53,076 nucleotides of DNA from Rhizaria sp. SCN 62-66. Lineage: Eukaryota. This document shows, in pieces, positions 50,001-53,076 of the stretch. Below the pieces are notes generated by a model. That model was not told where the DNA came from, made no database searches, and saw nothing but the letters and a program-made list of their open reading frames with translations. Each line of letters starts with the position of its first letter. Within the stretch, counting starts at the first letter, position 1. Made by a program: the position numbers and the translations under genes. The DNA lies in NCBI GenBank assembly GCA_001724265.1, contig MEDY01000203.1, positions 1 to 53,076 on the forward strand. Direction: 5' to 3'.

Positions 50001-52682
50001 TGACGGACAGGCCGGCGCTGTTGGTGCCGGTGATCGTGCTCGCGGTGCCCGCGGCGGCGGAGGACGGGAAGTACGGCAGACTGCGGCCGTGCGTCTGCGG
50101 CGTCGCCACAATGGCTGCGGCAGCGTCGGACTCAGTCTGCTGTTGCTGCTGCTGGCCCTGCTGCGACGACGCGTGAAGCTGCTGCGCGTACTGGCGCGGA
50201 AGGAAGCCCCCCGGCACGAGCTGCGCGGGCATAACTGGCAGCACGCCCGCAAACAGCCGCGCCGCGCCGTTGCCGCGGGCGCCGAAAGTCGCGGCGTGCG
50301 GGGACACGCCCGGCGGCACGCCCCAGCCCAACCCCCAACCCAGGCCCCAGCGCGGCGGGCGGCGGCGCGGCAGAGACGCGGCCGCGGCGAGGCGCCGGCG
50401 GCGGGCCACGCTGCAGCGGCGGCTGTGGCCGTAGGTGTGGCGACGCGCCTTGTTGCCGCTCTTCTTAGCCGAGGCTTTGGCCTTGCCAGTGGCCTTGTTT
50501 GACTTCGCGGAGGACTTGGAGGCGGAGGAGGACTTGCCGCTCTGGCCCTTGCCGGAAGACTTGGCGACGGCAGCTCTCTTGCTCGAGCCCTTGCTCTTGC
50601 TCTTCTTGTCGTCCTTTTGCTTGTCGGCGCTCTTCTGCGCGGACTTGCCCTTCTTGTCGCTTTTGTCACTCTTGTCGCTCTTGCGACCGCTATTGCTCGC
50701 TGCAGCGGCGCGGGGGCGAGCGGGCGTCGCGTGGATCGCAGTCGCGGGAGCCTTCACAGCGGAGCCCGTCTTTGAGTTGGACCCAGCGCCAGCGCTGGCA
50801 GAGGGGCGGCGCGGCGTGGCGGCCACGGGCGACAACGGGCCGCGGCCGCTGCCGTAGCCACCGTTGCTGTTGCTGTTGCTGCTGCCGCCGCCGCCGGCGG
50901 AGGCGGTGAGCGGCCAGCCGGCGGCGGCAGCGTCTGCGGCGCCCGCGGCCGTGGCGGCGGCGCGCGTGATGGGCAGCTGCGATGCCGTGACGAGCGGCAC
51001 GAGCGGCGGGCACGACCTCAGCCACGCCTGCTGCGACGGGAAGCCGAAGCAACACTGCTCACAGTCGCTGCCGCAGTCGACGTCGCAGTCGACATCACGG
51101 TCGTTGGCGGGCGGAACGAAGCGGTGGCGGCGGCCGTGGCGGTGACGGCGACGGCGAGAGTCGTCGGAGTCGCTGCCGTCGGTGTCGCTGCTGTCGCTCT
51201 TGTCAGCGTCCTCCTCGTCAGCGCTGTCAGAGGCCGCAGCGCTGTCGGTGTCTGACGAAATGACGATGACGTCGCTGTCGTCGTCGCTGGCGCTGGCGCT
51301 AGCCTTCCTGGCAGCCTTAGCCTTGGCGCCGGCCTTGGAGCCCTTTGAGGCTGTAGCGGTCGGCTTCGAAGTGCCCTTGGCCTTGCTCTTCGAAGCAGCC
51401 GCAGCAGCGGCCTTCGGCTTGCCGGCCTTGGTCTTAGCAGCGTGGTCATCACCACTGTCGTCGGTGCTGTCACCAGCGTCGCTGTCGTCGCTGTCGCGCA
51501 TCGCCGCAGCGCGGCCGCTCTTGCCCTTGGCCTTGGACGTCTTGCCCTTGGCAGGCTTAGACTTGCGCTCAGTGCGACTCTTGCTCCTGTGGCTCACGGC
51601 GAGAGAATGGCTGTAGCTGTGGCTGTGCCCGTGCCCGTGCCCGCGAGTGTGGGCCGCCGCGAGCGAGTGCGAGAGCGGGAACACCGCGCCCGCGGGGACA
51701 GACCACGCCAGACCCGACGACAGCACGCCCACCGACGACACACACGACTGCGACTGTGCGCAGTGACCGCGGGCGGCGGAGGGCGGCGCAAGCGTGGGCA
51801 GTCCCAGCCCCGGTGTCCACTGCGCCAGGTAGCCCTCCTCGCCGTGCGAACAGGGGCCCGCGCCAACCGCGCCGTGCCGCGAGAGGAACGAGATCGGGAA
51901 CGACACGAAGTCCAGCGGCGCGCTGCTGCTGAGCGCGCTGCTGCTGAGGGCGCTACTGCTGGCGCTGCTGCTACTGCTGCTGCTGCTGTTGTAGTTGCCC
52001 GCAGCAGACGGCGCGGCGAGGGCCGGGGTTGCCGGCACGGACGCGGTGGCGGCAGCACCCGCAGTCACAGCATTCGCTCCAGCCGCGGCAGTGGCGGTGG
52101 CGGGGGTCGCCGGCGGCGCGAGCGCGAGCGAAGGCATGAACATGGTGTCGGTCGCGCCCGCCGTCGCCGCCGTCGCCGCCGTCGCCGCGGTGGCCGACAC
52201 GGGCATGGGCATGGTGGGGCGCAGCGCGGGGGACAGCACGCCGGGCGTGCCGGCAATGCTCCACCCGCCGTGCGCCGCGCCCGCGCCCCCCGCGCCCGCG
52301 CCCCCCGCGGCGGCGCCCCCGGAGCCGAGCGCGAGGGCGCGCGCCGCGGTGGCGGCGACGGCGGGCGCGGCGGGCAGCGGGACCGTCTGCATCACGGCCG
52401 CGGGCCCCAGCCCGAGGGTGGCGGCGGCGACGGACGCCACGGGCAGCATCTGCGTCGGCAGCGACACGGCCGCGTGGGAGAATGACAGCGGCAGCAGCGA
52501 CGGGTGAGACAGCGCGAACGGCGCGTGGTGGCCCGCCACGGCGGCCTCGCTCGCGGTCTGCGCGGCCGCGACTGCGCCAGTAACCGTGTGCGCGCACGAC
52601 GCAGCCGCGATCGCGGCGGCGTTGGCCGCGGCGGCAGCGGCGGACGCAGGGTTAGTGCCAGAGCCAGCGATACAACTGCTAC

Positions 52683-52714
<32 letters not shown>

Positions 52715-53076
52715 GTAGTGCTGCTGTTGTTCGCCGGCGCGGTCGCGGCGAGCACCGCGGCAGCGGCGAAGGCGGCGGCGCGCGCCTGCTCCAACGCGCC
52801 CCAGCACCAAACGTCGTCGCGCACGGCTGCCGAGAGCCCGGGCGCCGCAGCTGACACGGCGGGCGTCGCGGCGGGGGGCAGCACGCCCGCGGCGCTGGCG
52901 CCACTGACGGCGCTGCCCTCGGCGGCGGCCGCCAGGTACGCGGCGCCCGCGGCGGCGGAGGAGGCCAGGGCGGGCGCGAGCAGCGAGGAGGGCCCGACGC
53001 GCAGCCCGCCCGCGCCCACGAGCGCGGCGCCAGGCGGCGCGGCGGCCGCGGCGGCCGCGGCGGCAGCGAGCGCGGC
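46804..53076 (-). CDS. 3' part of a large (>2,090 aa) low-complexity orphan protein (open at window end)
   Basis: Continuous frame from the window end to TAA-TGA at 46806-46801. Contains Ala/Ser/Thr/Gly tracts, Lys-rich basic blocks, Asp/Glu acidic blocks and a Tyr-rich C-terminal region. GC content drops sharply just after the stop. No domain recognised. Confidence 0.75.
49940..49987 (-). repeat. (ACG)n repeat encoding poly-Thr
   Basis: (gtc)n on the + strand, read as LTTTMTTTTTTTTTTTTVTT on the minus strand. Confidence 0.85.

Noticed and set aside
1-53076. tRNA (including a CUA suppressor), rRNA, CRISPR array or transposase
   Set aside because: I could not see a cloverleaf, rRNA-like sequence, spaced direct repeats or mobile-element ORFs by eye. 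GTTCGA occurrences near 1108 and 2587 lack tRNA stems.

Overview
Eukaryotic (most likely protist) nuclear DNA with GC-rich exons and generally more AT-rich introns and spacers. Eight protein-coding genes are supported, in order: (1) the 3' end of a COX5B-like gene; (2) a 3-exon ubiquitin-like domain gene; (3) a divergent mitochondrial-carrier-like gene; (4) a giant, apparently intronless ~10,810-aa VPS13/chorein-N-like gene; (5) a 3-exon glutamine synthetase II; (6) a 3-exon Prp5/DDX46 DEAD-box helicase; (7) a small 3-exon mitochondrial single-TM gene; (8) the 3' part of a >2,090-aa low-complexity orphan. Main result: three in-frame TAG codons lie inside otherwise intact genes. Two are in DDX46, one of them in a segment colinear with homologues just before the Q-motif, and one is in a Gln-rich stretch of the giant gene. 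All eight genes end in TAA or TGA and none in TAG. This points to a variant nuclear code in which UAG is read as sense (Gln is the best fit) while UAA remains a stop. All eight introns share a GTRCG donor. Family assignments come from motif recognition by eye, not database searches.
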